Assembly: GCA_964647565.1 (NCBI GenBank)
Contig: CAZYIM010000021.1
Span: 1 to 44,947, forward strand
Source: an uncultured Methanosarcinales archaeon
GTDB lineage: Archaea > Nanobdellota > Nanobdellia > Woesearchaeales > CAZYIM01
Direction of reading: 5' to 3'
DNA: 44,947 bases
The notes under the pieces are model-generated. The model was given only the letters and a program-made list of their open reading frames with translations. It had not been told where the DNA came from and did no database searches. The stretch's first letter is position 1. Each line of letters begins with the position of its first letter. Made by a program: the position numbers and the translations under genes. This document shows, piece after piece, positions 36,780 to 44,947 of this stretch.

Positions 36780-37229
36780 ATGAATGAAACTCAGATAACG
36801 GTAACGGAAGCGCATATGGGGGATGAGCTTAGGAAACATGGATTTCTAAAAGAATCGATTGAATCCATTCAAAGTGCTCAACCTGACAGTAAACCACAAC
36901 TAACGCAACATGAAGAACTATTGATTGAACTTAACCAGAAGTTTGTCAGATTCAAAGATATGCATACTGCTAGAGTAGATGAACTTGCTAAGAAGTTGAC
37001 TCTTGCATATGAGCAAATAGCTAAGTTGCAAGCAAATATTAAGGAAATTGGAGATAAAGGATCCACACTCGTGGAAAAAGAGGTGAGTGAGGCTTCTTGT
37101 GCCGAAAAAGTCTCGCCAAAACAAGCCATTGAACCCAAAAAGAAACCCTACTATCAGAAACAGGGAAAATTTAATCCGGGAGATATAGATATTAATGAGA
37201 TATTCTATTTCGGCAATAGGAAAAGATAG
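36780..37229 (+). CDS. Hypothetical coiled-coil protein
   Basis: Heptad-rich centre; compact C-terminal PGDIDINEIFYFG tail. Confidence 0.75.
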   Translation: MNETQITVTEAHMGDELRKHGFLKESIESIQSAQPDSKPQLTQHEELLIELNQKFVRFKDMHTARVDELAKKLTLAYEQIAKLQANIKEIGDKGSTLVEKEVSEASCAEKVSPKQAIEPKKKPYYQKQGKFNPGDIDINEIFYFGNRKR

Positions 37230-37258
37230 GTTCCACGCGGGCACAAGAAGTTATCCAT

Positions 37259-37292
37259 GGCTGGGCGCTTAGGCGCCTGGTTCTTTTTTTTT
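37259..37292 (+). terminator. GC hairpin followed by T-tract
   Basis: GGCTGGGCGC-TTAG-GCGCCTGGTT followed by CTTTTTTTTT. Confidence 0.55.
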
Positions 37293-37357
37293 CTACGGTC
37301 AATTTTCACTAGACATGTCTACGCAGCACTTATAAATCCATATTCTTTTATTAATTT

Positions 37358-38143
37358 ATGATCAGAGAGTCTTTTATTCTTTTAGACAGTATTAGGCAGA
37401 AGAGAGAACAGATGATCTGGCAGCAGGACATAAAGGATTGGAACCAGTTTCTAGACAAAGAAAAAATCAAGGGTATATCACCTTTAAGAAAATCTTTCTA
37501 CAACAGACAGCTTGAGCTCTCAAGAAAGGCCCTGCTCAATGAAAATGCATCTTTCTTCTCAAAAAAACTCCCGCATCAGGAATACTGGCGTCTCTATAAT
37601 GAATTCAAAGAAGACGCTGTTTTTCTGGATATCGAAACAACAAGCTCTTATGGAGGTATCACAATTATTGGTCTATATGATGGAGAAGATACAAAGACCT
37701 TCATAAGAGGTCGAAACCTTGACAAAAAAATATTACAAAAAGTTATTTCCAACTACAAACTGATACTAACCTTTAATGACAGCAGCTTTGACATACCGAT
37801 CATAAATAAATACTTTGCAAATGTAATACCTAAAGAGATCCCACACATTGACTTAAGACATGTCTGTTCAAAGATCCATCTTACAGGGGGTCTTAAATCA
37901 ATAGAAAAACAAATAGGCATCAAAAGACCTTCAGATGTTGAATTAGTCAACGGTGAAGAAGCAGTCCGTTTATGGGATCTTTACTGGGCAACAGGTGATG
38001 ATTACTACCTTAATCTCTTGGTAAAATATAATGAGGAAGACATAATAAATCTCAAACCAGTGGCAGATTTCGCCATCAAGCAGTTGTGGCTGAAAACACG
38101 TAATTTGTGCTCAAAACCCCCTATTTTAGGCAAAAATTTATAA
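37358..38143 (+). CDS. RNase H-like (YprB/RNase_H_2) exonuclease
   Basis: FLDIETT, TFN..FD.P, HIDL, GGLK.IE..G..R, YN.ED..NL. Confidence 0.9.
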   Translation: MIRESFILLDSIRQKREQMIWQQDIKDWNQFLDKEKIKGISPLRKSFYNRQLELSRKALLNENASFFSKKLPHQEYWRLYNEFKEDAVFLDIETTSSYGGITIIGLYDGEDTKTFIRGRNLDKKILQKVISNYKLILTFNDSSFDIPIINKYFANVIPKEIPHIDLRHVCSKIHLTGGLKSIEKQIGIKRPSDVELVNGEEAVRLWDLYWATGDDYYLNLLVKYNEEDIINLKPVADFAIKQLWLKTRNLCSKPPILGKNL

Positions 38144-38233
38144 ATAAGCGCCTCTCAATTAAGCTTAAGGAGTGGTTAAGCACGGATTTTTTGCTTGTTA
38201 CTCGATTTTTCAACAAAGTGAGGAGGTACGAAA

Positions 38234-38377
38234 ATGGCAGAAGGATATTGTGTAAAATGTAAGGCAAAGAGGGAAATGAATAATGCCGAAGAAGTTACCA
38301 TGAAGAACGGCCGAAGAGCAATGAAGGGTAAATGCTCAAAGTGTGGCTGTGGCATGTACAAGATCTTGGGAAAATAA
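38234..38377 (+). CDS. Small zinc-ribbon protein (DUF5679-like), 47 aa
   Basis: Manual translation MAEGYCVKCKAKREM...MKNGRRAMKGKCSKCGCGMYKILGK; GGAGGT SD; T-tract after the stop. Confidence 0.9.
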   Translation: MAEGYCVKCKAKREMNNAEEVTMKNGRRAMKGKCSKCGCGMYKILGK

Positions 38378-38470
38378 ATTTTTTTTTAAATTATATTTAA
38401 CAGTGCCCACTGCAAATTGACATAGTTTTTGTTTGTAGGGGCACACGTTCCCTCATTCTTCAGAAAAAAA

Positions 38471-38608
38471 TTACGCTTCCTCTTCTTCGTTCTCTTCTGT
38501 AGCAATTAGAGAACATTCATCAGAACATGCACTTGCAAGTAAATTTGGAGAAGTCTTTTTAGGATAAAAACAAAATCCTTTGAAATTATATGGACATTCT
38601 TTTTCCAT
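38471..38608 (-). CDS. Small Cys-rich protein with acidic tail, 45 aa
   Basis: Manual translation MEKECPYNFKGFCFYPKK...SACSDECSLIATEENEEEEA; GGAG SD; T-tract after the stop. Confidence 0.6.
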   Translation of the reverse strand: MEKECPYNFKGFCFYPKKTSPNLLASACSDECSLIATEENEEEEA

Positions 38609-38829
38609 TTTATTATCTCCGTATCTTAGTATAATTTTTTGTATACTAGTATTTGATATTAAACACTACTGATATATAAATTTTTCGTTTTTTACTTAAA
38701 AAATATACAACCCCCGACTATAAAACAATAAACTGCTGAAATATATAAATTTTACTAATTCATCCACAACAAGCTTTAAATAAATTCCTTACTTTCTCTA
38801 AATGAATTACATCGGGTGGTAATATAAAT

Positions 38830-40551
38830 ATGAAGCTAGAAGAGATTACAGCTAGAAAAAAGATCGGAGCGGGAAGATCGGCGCAAGTCTTTCATGTGCA
38901 AGAATCAACTGGCCAGGAGTTGGCTATAAAGGTTTTCACAGGCGAGGAAGGCATTGCGAAATTTGTCAACTATATATTTACAGGCGGCCCATTAATCTAT
39001 GGCTGGAATTCAGATGCCCACTCAGCAACTTTATATCGAAGATCTATTCTTAACAATCTTGTTGAATACTGGTTTGGAGATCGACTTAGGGTTCCAAATG
39101 CAAAAGGATTCAATTGGAATGAAGAACATCAAGCTTATGAGTTATATAATGAATTTTCAAAGGGGCGGCATGTAGCTCTTCATCACCCATTCTCTGCTGA
39201 CAGGGAGTCTGAACTTGATGACCTGGTTAACAATATTATGAAGCCACTTGTTAAAAGATTGTATAAGGCGGGATTAGACGGCATGCTTTGGCAGGCAGGA
39301 TATGGACATCCAGTAGGTTTAGGTAATTTCATGCTTGATAAAATAATAGATGATGAAAATCATTGGATCTGGATTGATATTGAATCTGGTATTCCCGCAA
39401 TAGCAGCACCAAGCTTATCTGCATTATCAAATTTTTATATTCCAAAGGCAATTGAATATCGACATATTCTTTTTGATGACGTGAATACAACTAAACTTGA
39501 GTCATATATAACTTCGAACAAACTAGCTATAGAACAGAAACTAAGTCCAGACAGGTACGTTGATATTCTGGATAAGATTCAGTTGTTGAAACTTGCACAG
39601 CATCGGATTAACTCCTTAAAACGAATAGAACGAAGTGTGTTACCAAAGAAAATCAAGGGCAAGATTACCCAGTCTGAGGCTGATTTTTATATCAGGCACC
39701 CATTAAGATGGTATTTCAAAGAAGTATTAAAGATGCCCAAGAAAAGCTTCATGAAAATTGGAGATTTGACTTGGGATATCTACAATAAAGTGACCTTTAA
39801 GCTGATGGATAAAGAATTCTGGAAAAAAACCAAAAAAGCAATCCAATCCCAGGATTATAGGACTGAGATTGTCCGAATTCAAATTGATAAACGAATACAA
39901 GCATGGGAAAAAAGAAAGATGCTAAAATCCCAAGAAGGGGAGTATTTACGAAGACAATTGAACCAGGAGGAAACCAGCCAATATTTTACAGACCTCTTTG
40001 TAATGGGTGCTCTAAAGGTTGCTGATTGGACAGTAATACCTTTGGTTGTTGGAGGTCTGGTTGCCACTAACTATGTCGATCCTTTAGCAGGGGTTGCAAT
40101 GGTTGCTCTAGCAGGCTCTTTTACAAGAACAGGTTATACAGCATCTAAATTTGTGCTGGATCTTATCAAACCTTCAAATCTAAAAAAATTCCCATCAACT
40201 GTGAAGAAGATCAAACAAGCCTCTTACGAAAGCTGTTTGCAACTAGGAATCAATGGATATAAAGCAGGCTTAAAATCCGTATATTCAAATACCCAAGCAG
40301 GAATAAAATCAGTTCTTGGAACCAAACACCTGATTGCACTATCAACTTCCTGGATCCCTGAGTGGGGCAATCTTTGTTATGTTGCGCAGATGGCATATTC
40401 AGAATTCACGACAGACAGCGATGTCGGTAAGTTCCTGCTCTATGATGGTTTTACAGAAATAGGCAAGAAACTACCTGCCTATGGCGGCCCCAACACCCGA
40501 ACCGAACACTTCTTCAACCACATCCCTGATCTGGTAATAAGAAAAAGATAA
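38830..40551 (+). CDS. Protein-kinase-like N-terminal domain with C-terminal membrane hairpin
   Basis: IGAGRSAQVF (Gly loop), LAIKVF, GNFM, WIDIE; two TMs near residues 400-435. Confidence 0.6.
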   Translation: MKLEEITARKKIGAGRSAQVFHVQESTGQELAIKVFTGEEGIAKFVNYIFTGGPLIYGWNSDAHSATLYRRSILNNLVEYWFGDRLRVPNAKGFNWNEEHQAYELYNEFSKGRHVALHHPFSADRESELDDLVNNIMKPLVKRLYKAGLDGMLWQAGYGHPVGLGNFMLDKIIDDENHWIWIDIESGIPAIAAPSLSALSNFYIPKAIEYRHILFDDVNTTKLESYITSNKLAIEQKLSPDRYVDILDKIQLLKLAQHRINSLKRIERSVLPKKIKGKITQSEADFYIRHPLRWYFKEVLKMPKKSFMKIGDLTWDIYNKVTFKLMDKEFWKKTKKAIQSQDYRTEIVRIQIDKRIQAWEKRKMLKSQEGEYLRRQLNQEETSQYFTDLFVMGALKVADWTVIPLVVGGLVATNYVDPLAGVAMVALAGSFTRTGYTASKFVLDLIKPSNLKKFPSTVKKIKQASYESCLQLGINGYKAGLKSVYSNTQAGIKSVLGTKHLIALSTSWIPEWGNLCYVAQMAYSEFTTDSDVGKFLLYDGFTEIGKKLPAYGGPNTRTEHFFNHIPDLVIRKR

Positions 40552-40569
40552 ATAAAAAAATAAAATAAT

Positions 40570-41631
40570 TTATTTGTGCTCATATCCCATAAAGATCATT
40601 TTGTTAACAACATCTTGTGTGTCCGCTATATTGTAATACTTGGTCAGCACTACATGTTCGCTTAAGCCAGTGGCCTTGCTCAGTTCACTCAGATAACCCT
40701 CAACATATTTACATCCATCCTGGATTAACTTCTGTTCTGAGACATTATGGATTGGCATCAATCCTTCTTCGCTTGCAGTTATTGATTCTGCATTGAGATA
40801 GCTGCCGATAGTCTTCAAGAGCTCATATGACTTTTTCTCAAAGTCAGGATCCCTATTTTCAGAAACAGCCAATGAACTAATATATTCATCAACTGTCTTC
40901 ATTACTTTATCTTTAAGCAATCCTGCGCCAAACACCTGTCCTGAACAAACTCTTTTTGTAGTCTCCTTGATAGGATCGAGCGAATTCTTAATATACATGA
41001 TGCCGCCTTCTTTATCTTCCAAGACTTTTTCAAACACTGACTCGCTAAAGTAGTTCTGGATCAGTTTTCTAGCTATATTGAACCACCCAGATGTTCTTGG
41101 CATTATTACTCTATCTAAGTTGTCAGTACATAGTTCTACAGAATTAAACTCATTTACTATTGAGCTAGCTTTTCCATTATTTCTGTCCTTTTCAGCTTGT
41201 AAAAGATCGAGATATGTTTGTTCATCAACATACATGAACTTATAGCTTTCGCAACCTCTTCCACCCTCTGGTGTGAAGGTTGTCAACAGTTCAACATCCA
41301 GTGGCATATCCATTCCTGGCTTTACATCCAAACTTGCAGGGATAATTGATCCTCTTTTATGCTTAACTGTGTATTCAGTACCTTCTTTAGTTTTTAAAAT
41401 GAGGTGATTTTCATTATCCCAGATTTTTGAAAACTTCCTGAGGGTTACTGAAGAGCCATCATCTAATTCCAGTTTCTCACTTGCATAAATACTTCTTGAG
41501 TCCTTATCAAATATCTGCTCTTCTTGCGTTGTTTTTTGGGATATGCTTTTGAAATCTTGTGCAGCAGCTTGTGACCCATATCCCGCAGTCATCAATCCAA
41601 CAATCATTGCTAATGTTTTTGGTGCTTTCAT
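40570..41631 (-). CDS. Hypothetical exported protein
   Basis: Signal peptide ending AAA-Q; GAGGT SD; start overlaps the upstream stop. Confidence 0.75.
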   Translation of the reverse strand: MKAPKTLAMIVGLMTAGYGSQAAAQDFKSISQKTTQEEQIFDKDSRSIYASEKLELDDGSSVTLRKFSKIWDNENHLILKTKEGTEYTVKHKRGSIIPASLDVKPGMDMPLDVELLTTFTPEGGRGCESYKFMYVDEQTYLDLLQAEKDRNNGKASSIVNEFNSVELCTDNLDRVIMPRTSGWFNIARKLIQNYFSESVFEKVLEDKEGGIMYIKNSLDPIKETTKRVCSGQVFGAGLLKDKVMKTVDEYISSLAVSENRDPDFEKKSYELLKTIGSYLNAESITASEEGLMPIHNVSEQKLIQDGCKYVEGYLSELSKATGLSEHVVLTKYYNIADTQDVVNKMIFMGYEHK

Positions 41632-42005
41632 TTTATTTTACCTCTCATAGTTTTTTTTTCAAGTGTTACTGATCCGTCTCGGATATCTGTTAAATAGGGG
41701 GTTTTTGGATCTATGTCCTCTAAAGATCTTATTTTATACCTGAATTTACCTTCATACTTGATTCGCCCATCGTCAAGTTCTATCTTTTTATATTCCTCGC
41801 CAGCTATCTTCTCTATCTCAACTACATCTCCTTTAGTGGGGATCTGATGTTCATCTATCACATAGCCCTGCTCTGTTTCGCTAAATCCGATTGGAGTTTC
41901 AGGCGCATCCCTGATCCCGTCATAAAGCACTGCACCCAAGCCGCCTAACATAATGACTATTGAGAGTGTGCATCCGATTTTTCTGATGTTTTTTGATAGT
42001 TTCAT
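41628..42005 (-). CDS. Hypothetical membrane-anchored protein
   Basis: N-terminal TM; coupled to the downstream gene. Confidence 0.7.
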   Translation of the reverse strand: MKLSKNIRKIGCTLSIVIMLGGLGAVLYDGIRDAPETPIGFSETEQGYVIDEHQIPTKGDVVEIEKIAGEEYKKIELDDGRIKYEGKFRYKIRSLEDIDPKTPYLTDIRDGSVTLEKKTMRGKIK

Positions 42006-42062
42006 TTGTTTCACATCTTTTATTACTATATAATAATAACTTTTCAAATATTAATATCTTTC

Positions 42063-42089
42063 TGATATTATTGATATCATTGATATTAA
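42063..42089. promoter_or_regulatory. Three tandem 9-bp repeats (TGATAT core) in divergon
   Basis: TGATATTAT-TGATATCAT-TGATATTAA. Confidence 0.45.
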
Positions 42090-42130
42090 AATCGAAATAT
42101 TTAAATAGTATTAAAGCTATTATAACAATC

Positions 42131-42970
42131 ATGAAACGCAAACTGATCAAACAGGGCGGAGGAGGCTTGACCTTCTATGTGCCCAAGAAATGGACAGACA
42201 AGCAGAACCTTAAGGCTGGAGACGAACTTAACATCCAAGAATCGGACAACGAACTGCATATATCTGCCCAAGACAAGACCAAGCAGCTCAAAGAACTTAC
42301 TGTTAAAATCGCCAAAGAAAACAAAAACAGGATAAGAACAATAATCTCTTCTGCGTACAGACGGGGTTATGATCAGATATATCTGGTTACAGAGCATGAT
42401 ATGTCCCTAGTTGAGATAAATCATATTGTTGATACACTCCTTGGCTTTGTGGTCACAGAGCAGACAGAGAAGCGTATTGTCATCAAGAATATCATGGCAG
42501 ACAACTTTGAGGATACAGACGCTATAATCAACAAATTGTTCATAACCATCAAATTCTTCATGCAGGCTGTCATAGACTATATCGAGTCAGGTGGTAAAGA
42601 TTCGGAGTTAATAGAGCTTAGCAAGTCTATAATCAAATTGAGGGATTATAGCCAGAGAATGATACATATCACAGAACATGGCGACGATAGATCCTATGAA
42701 TATCATACACTCGTATTCGTTGCTGAGAAGCTCGCAGGCAACTTCAAGCAGTTAATTCGTAATAAGCCCAAGAACAAGAAAGATTGCTTGAAAGAGCTGG
42801 ATCTTGTCTATGATTACTTTTCTACTCTCTTTGAGGCATATCTCAAAAGAAAAATTGAGTCAGTCATAAACATAAATAAAGAGCTGAACAAGAAAACAAA
42901 AGAGAACGATTGTGTAATGTTAGAAAACCTCTTCAGCATTTCTTCAAGACTGATCAGCATCCTGATCTAG
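42131..42970 (+). CDS. AbrB/MazE + PhoU-like regulator
   Basis: MKRKLIKQG...YVPKKW...L..GDEL; AYRRGYD, LLGF, DY..R, EKLA. Paralog of 836..1708. Confidence 0.85.
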   Translation: MKRKLIKQGGGGLTFYVPKKWTDKQNLKAGDELNIQESDNELHISAQDKTKQLKELTVKIAKENKNRIRTIISSAYRRGYDQIYLVTEHDMSLVEINHIVDTLLGFVVTEQTEKRIVIKNIMADNFEDTDAIINKLFITIKFFMQAVIDYIESGGKDSELIELSKSIIKLRDYSQRMIHITEHGDDRSYEYHTLVFVAEKLAGNFKQLIRNKPKNKKDCLKELDLVYDYFSTLFEAYLKRKIESVININKELNKKTKENDCVMLENLFSISSRLISILI

Positions 42971-44304
42971 GCTACTAGAGAATATGATAATCTTTCTTTC
43001 TGTTCTTTTTCCTTTTTGCCTGTCTTCCTTGAGCAGAGACCGCCATATTCCTTGATCATAGGTACGATTGCGATCCTTTTAACTTTCTTAAGCATCTCTT
43101 CAGGGCTTATATCCATCTCAAGTACACCTTCCTGCTGTATCTGGTTCATATATCCCTGAATTTGGCTCAACCATTGTCCTTGAGGTATGTGGTTCAAAGC
43201 AAGATATCCTGCATCATCAAGAGCTGGATCCGTTCTGCAGAGATGCTCAAAATCAAGGAATTTACCTGCTTTAAGATTATCTGGTTTGAGGTCTTTATGA
43301 CAAATCACATAGAGACCAGATTCATTCAATTCTGCTACTGCATCATTGAATTCTGATCTCAGATGTTTGTATAGATTAGGGTTGTCACCTTTTGCAACGT
43401 CATCAAGGATCTTATCAAACTCAGGTGCTTTAAAATCAGGAATAACGATCTCACTAGGCTTAAGGGCTTCTTCTGCATGGCTATGAAGCATGGCGATTGC
43501 AGCCATATAATGATTGCGATTGTAATTTCCACTCTCAACGATCTTATCCTGGACAGTCAGATATATCTGTCCGTTCTCTAATGCAACAGGGAAATATCCT
43601 CTTGCAACCAGATTCGCAAGCTTTTTGTGCTGGGACAGCCAATAGTTTGCAGCAGCCTCCTTATTTGCTTTATCTCCATCACCATTTGCCTTGATGATAA
43701 TATCTCTGCCACTTTCTTTGTGTTTAGCTTCAAAAACCTTATTGTAGCTTATAACATCAAGCTTATCAAACGAAGAAGAATCGACATCTAATTTGCTTTT
43801 AATAGCATTAAAGTTTTCTTCATCCACAACATTATTCAGTCTTGTGATGTGATTTTTGGGTTCGTCAATTGTGTGGTAATACCAAACTGCATTAGAAATA
43901 GCTGAAAATCCCTCCAAGAGTTCTTCTTGGTCGTTAGATAACACTCGGATCTTATCTGATAAATTTTCGTATTTCTTATCATTTAACTTGGTCTTCATAA
44001 TTTTGAATCTTTTTTCTCTTTTTCTTCTTTTAATAAAGTTCATCTGTTTGTGATTTCTAAATTTCCTGATATCTTTAACAGAATCAAGGCTTCCTGCACA
44101 AACTAATGCGTCCATATAATTGACGATATCTCTCTTGGTTATGTCTTTCTTCTTTTGTTCTTTTAAGACTTCTTCTATTAACATATAGGATTGATCCCCT
44201 ACTTCTTTAATCCAGTCAGGACAATCATCATGTCCCGAAATATATAAGTCTAAAGCTCTCTGAGCAGTAACTTCTTTATCTTTGTTTTTAATCCAGAGAC
44301 TCAT
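42967..44304 (-). CDS. APH/choline-kinase-like phosphotransferase
   Basis: N.VF, IIIK, E, A.LH, CHKDLKPDN, FLDFE, D.A. Confidence 0.8.
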   Translation of the reverse strand: MSLWIKNKDKEVTAQRALDLYISGHDDCPDWIKEVGDQSYMLIEEVLKEQKKKDITKRDIVNYMDALVCAGSLDSVKDIRKFRNHKQMNFIKRRKREKRFKIMKTKLNDKKYENLSDKIRVLSNDQEELLEGFSAISNAVWYYHTIDEPKNHITRLNNVVDEENFNAIKSKLDVDSSSFDKLDVISYNKVFEAKHKESGRDIIIKANGDGDKANKEAAANYWLSQHKKLANLVARGYFPVALENGQIYLTVQDKIVESGNYNRNHYMAAIAMLHSHAEEALKPSEIVIPDFKAPEFDKILDDVAKGDNPNLYKHLRSEFNDAVAELNESGLYVICHKDLKPDNLKAGKFLDFEHLCRTDPALDDAGYLALNHIPQGQWLSQIQGYMNQIQQEGVLEMDISPEEMLKKVKRIAIVPMIKEYGGLCSRKTGKKEKEQKERLSYSLVA

Positions 44305-44447
44305 CTTTCCACCTCGTGGTTGTCTAGAAATTGTTTGATGGCTTCTCCAACCATCTGAGATTTGTTCCTGAATTTCTTCTCTCTATATGCTACTCTTATC
44401 TGCTGTACAAGTTCTTCATCCAGAGAGACTGTGAAGACGTGTTTCAT
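44301..44447 (-). CDS. Ribbon-helix-helix (CopG-like) protein, 48 aa
   Basis: Manual translation MKHVFTVSLDEELVQQI...FRNKSQMVGEAIKQFL; TGA overlaps the kinase ATG. Confidence 0.8.
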   Translation of the reverse strand: MKHVFTVSLDEELVQQIRVAYREKKFRNKSQMVGEAIKQFLDNHEVER

Positions 44448-44556
44448 AGTATATTTATGTTATTACTAATATATAAATGTTTCGCTTTTTTTATTACTAT
44501 TGAGTGGTGAAATTTTAAAATAAACTTTATAAATAACATTTACAGATAAAGCTTAA

Positions 44557-44947
44557 ATGGACAAAAAGATCAAGATAAGAAGTTTACTCTATTTCACCTT
44601 AACCTACATTTTGATATTCACGCTGATTGCTGTCACCAACAAGAACTATGAGTTTCTATATTATACAGGCGTTATTTTGGCACTGATCGCGTATATTATC
44701 TGGTTCAACAAGAAGTTCCCGCTTTCAACCAGCATAATAGCTGGATTGTCGCTGATTGCAGCCCTGCACATATTTGGAGGGAACATTCACATTGACGGAA
44801 TAAGGCTTTACGATATCTGGTTCATAGGCAACCTGCTAAGATATGATAATTTTGTGCATCTGGTTGCAACTTTTATCGTAACTTTAGTTGCTTATAGTCT
44901 TCTTGCACCATATCTGGACAAGAAGATCAAGCTCAAAAAAATTGTTC
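44557..44947 (+). CDS. DUF2238/YjdF-like membrane protein (truncated by window edge)
   Basis: Manual translation: TMs, LHIFGG, LYD, RYDNFVH. Confidence 0.75.
   Translation, partial: MDKKIKIRSLLYFTLTYILIFTLIAVTNKNYEFLYYTGVILALIAYIIWFNKKFPLSTSIIAGLSLIAALHIFGGNIHIDGIRLYDIWFIGNLLRYDNFVHLVATFIVTLVAYSLLAPYLDKKIKLKKIV

Noticed and set aside
38176..38361. 61-aa - strand ORF
   Set aside because: Antisense to the zinc-ribbon gene, which has an SD and a recognisable motif.

Overview
AT-rich archaeal chromosome segment, most likely DPANN (Woesearchaeota/Pacearchaeota-like). The assignment rests on tRNA genes with bulge-helix-bulge (BHB) introns and no encoded CCA, TATA-type promoters, TrmB and AbrB-PhoU regulators, and an orphan PEP-utiliser mobile domain protein. 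About 50 CDSs are present, mostly accessory. Three things stand out. (1) tRNA-Lys(CTT) and tRNA-Glu(CTC) each carry two introns (37/38 and 59/60). Downstream of tRNA-Glu lies a tandem array of small integrase-less gene cassettes (JAB-like gene; ArsR + P-type ATPase; MNT-HEPN), followed by an HTH gene and C5-methyltransferases. The cassettes are separated by copies of the tRNA-Glu 3' exon, and two of these copies sit in 43-44 bp TGCCC...GGGCA inverted-end sites that mimic the acceptor stem. (2) A secreted, sequon-rich Amidase_3 protein with a peptidoglycan-binding-like domain and beta-rich repeats is fused in frame to the C-terminal half of a DNA cytosine methyltransferase. (3) Several bacterial-envelope-type genes occur in an archaeal context (cfa, TorF-like beta-barrel, TonB/TolA-like anchor). 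All family calls are by eye from motifs; no database search was run.
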